A stretch of 64,000 nucleotides of DNA from Octopus sinensis. Its lineage: Eukaryota. The stretch's first letter is position 1. The number at the start of each line of letters is the position of its first letter. The notes beneath the pieces are model-generated. The model saw only the letters and a list, made by a program, of their open reading frames with translations, was not told the origin of the DNA and did not search any database. The position numbers and the translations under genes were made by a program. Of this stretch, positions 61,701 to 64,000 are shown one piece after another. The DNA lies in the NCBI RefSeq assembly GCF_006345805.1, contig NC_043014.1:37944001-38008000 (forward strand), in the 5' to 3' direction.

Positions 61701-64000
61701 CACGACGAGCTGTCGTTCTTTGTTGACTATTATACGTCGTGCATTTCATTGGCTTTCATTTTGTGTTGCACGACGAGCTGTCGTTCTTTGTTGACTATTT
61801 ATACGTCGTGCATTTCATTGGCTTTCATTTTTTGTTGCACGACGAGCTGTCGTTCTTTGTTGACTATTTATACGTCGTGATTTCATTGGCTTTCTTTTTG
61901 TTGCACGACGAGCTCTGTCGTTCTTTGTTGACTATTTATACGTCGTGCATTTCATTGGCTTTCATTTTTTGTTGCACGACGAGCTGTCGTTCTTTGTTGA
62001 CTATTTATACGTCGTGCATTTCATTGCTTTCATTTTTTGTTGCACGACGAGCTGTCGTTCTTTGTTGACTATTTATACGTCGTGGCATTTCATTGGCTTT
62101 AATTTTTTGTTGCACGACGAGCTGTCGTTCTTTGTTGTCTATTTATACGTCGTGCATTTCATTGGCTTTCAATTTTTGTTGCACGACGAGCTGTCGTTCT
62201 TTGTTGACTATTTATACGTCGTGCATTTCATTGGCTTTCTTTTTGTTGCACGACGAGCTGTCGTTCTTTGTTGACTATTTATACGTCGTGCATTCATTGG
62301 CTTTCATTTTTGTTGCACGACGAGCTGTCGTTCTTTGTTGACTATTTATACGTCGTGCATTTCATTGGCTTTCATTTTCTGTTGCACGACGAGCTGTCGT
62401 TCTTTTGACTATTTATACGTCGTGCATTTCATTGGCTTTCATTTTTTGTTGCACGACGAGCTGTCGTTCTTTGTTGACTATTTATACGTCGTGCATTTCA
62501 TTGGCTTTCATTTTTTGTTGCAAGACGAGCTGTCGTTCTTTGTTGACTATTTATACGTCGTGCATTTCATTGGCTTTCATTTTTGTTGCACGACGAGCTG
62601 TCGTTCTTTGTTGACTATTTATACGCGTGCATTTCATGGCTTTCATTTTCTGTTGCACGACGAGCTGTCGTTCTTTGTTGACTATTTATACGTCGTGCAT
62701 TTCATTGGCTTTCATTTCTGTTGCACGACGAGCCTGGTCGTTCTTTGTTGACTATTTATACGTCGTGCATTTCATGGCTTTCATTTTGTTGCACGACGAG
62801 CTGTCGTTCTTTGTTGACTATTTATACGTCGTGCATTTCATTGGCTTTAATTTTTGTTGCACGACGAGCTGTCGTTCTTTGTGACTATTTATACGTTCGT
62901 GCATTTCATTGGCTTTCATTTTTTGTTGCACGACGAGTGTCGTTCTTTGTTGACTATTTTACGTCGTGCATTTCATTGGCTTTCATTTTCTGTTGCACGA
63001 CGAGCTGTCGTTCTTTGTTGACTATTATACGTCGTGCATTTATGGCTTTCATTTTCTGTTGCACGACGAGCTGTCGTTCTTTGTTGACTATTTATACGTC
63101 GTGCATTTCATTGGCTTTCATTTCTGTTGCACGACGAGCTGTCGTCTTTGTTGACTATTTATACGTCGTGCATTTCATGGCTTTCATTTTTTGTTGCACG
63201 ACGAGCTGTCGTTCTTTGTTGACTATTTATACGTCGTCCATTTCATTGGCTTCATTTTTTGTTGCACGACGAGCTGTCGTTCTTTGTTGACTATTTATAC
63301 TCGTGATTTCATGGCTTTCATTTTTTGTTGCACGACGAGCTGTCGTTCTTTGTTGACTATTTATACGTCGTGCATTTCATTGGCTTTCATTTTTTGTTGC
63401 ACGACGAGCTGTCGTTCTTTGTTGACTATTTATACGTCGTGCATTTCATTGGCTTTCATTTTTTGTTGCACGACGAGCTGTCGTTCTTTGTTGACTATTT
63501 ATACGTCGTGCATTTCATTGGCTTTCATTTTTTGTTGCACGACGAGCGCTCTTTGTTGACTATTTATACGTCGTGCATTTCATTGGCTTTCATTTTTGTT
63601 GCACGACGAGCTGTCGTTCTTTGTTGACTATTTATACGTCGTGCATTTCATTGGCTTTCATTTTCTGTTGCACGACGAGCTGTCGTTCTTTGTTGACTAT
63701 TTATACGTCGTGCATTTCATTGGCTTTCATTTTCTGTTGTACGACGAGCTGTCGTTCTTTGTTGACTATTTATACGTCGTGCATTTCATTGGCTTTCATT
63801 TTTTGTTGCACGACGAGCTGTCGTTCTTTGTTGACTATTTATACGTCGTGCATTTCATTGGCTTTCATTTTCTGTTGCACGACGAGCTGTCGTTCTTTGT
63901 TGACTATTTATACGTCGTGCATTTCATTGGCTTTCATTTTTTGTTGCACGACGAGCTGTCGTTCTTTGTTGACTATTTATACGTCGTGCATTTCATTGGC
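55750..64000. repeat. Homogeneous satellite domain (about 120 near-identical monomers)
   Basis: Fixed variants gactatttatacg, ttcattgg and ctgtcg. Remaining differences are mostly scattered 1-bp indels and a ttt(t/c)tgtt dimorphism. Confidence 0.95.

Larger units (their letters stand above)
37975..64000. repeat. 69-bp satellite array, about 377 monomers, running off the window
   Basis: Period measured at 63781/63850/63919. Homogeneous consensus gcatttcattggctttcatttt(t/c)tgttgcacgacgagctgtcgttctttgttgactatttatacgtcgt (32 T, 10 A, 5 CpG). Confidence 0.98.

Noticed and set aside
37985-63627. Satellite ORFs as a 23-aa His-rich (HFIGFHFLLHDELSFFVDYLYVV) or Cys-rich (CISLAFIFCCTTSCRSLLTIYTS) repeat protein
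   Set aside because: 69 is divisible by 3, so open frames arise automatically. Common variants put stops in the frames checked (ctgTAGcac, acgTGAatt, and tca/tta on the minus strand), and there is no unique N-terminus or splice context. A remote coding origin cannot be excluded.
37975-64000. CRISPR-like array (palindromic repeats with regular spacing)
   Set aside because: The sequences between the dyad arms are themselves repeated rather than unique spacers. There are no cas genes and the context is eukaryotic.

Overview
Gene-free, repeat-saturated animal genomic DNA. The tRNA-headed SINE families and the (TA)n/(CA)n/(CATA)n density match my recollection of Octopus (cephalopod) genomes; the taxon is an inference. 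Bases 1-37.6 kb are a mosaic of SINEs, microsatellites, decayed LINEs (RLE/R4-Dong-like, RTE, CR1-like, Tx1-like), Naiad-type Penelope-like elements (PLEs), a dead full-length mariner and two MITEs with 8-bp TSDs. Several AT-rich stretches with no ORF contain minimal type I hammerhead-ribozyme folds typical of PLE pseudo-LTRs. One has a canonical core (9236-9303). Others carry non-canonical cores (A3-U8, U3-A8, recurrent C4), and several sit in inverted pairs. From 37,975 to the window end is an uninterrupted array of about 377 copies of a 69-bp CpG-rich satellite with internal dyad symmetry. It starts 4 bp from a non-autonomous Helitron-like element and is layered: diverged monomers, then nested higher-order repeats (2-, 3-, 11-, 12- and ~46-mers), then diverged monomers, then an abrupt switch to a homogeneous variant at ~55.75 kb. 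This resembles the edge of a centromeric or heterochromatic array. No intact host gene is visible, and nearly all ORF-track entries are microsatellite or satellite translation artefacts. All alignments and folds were done by eye.
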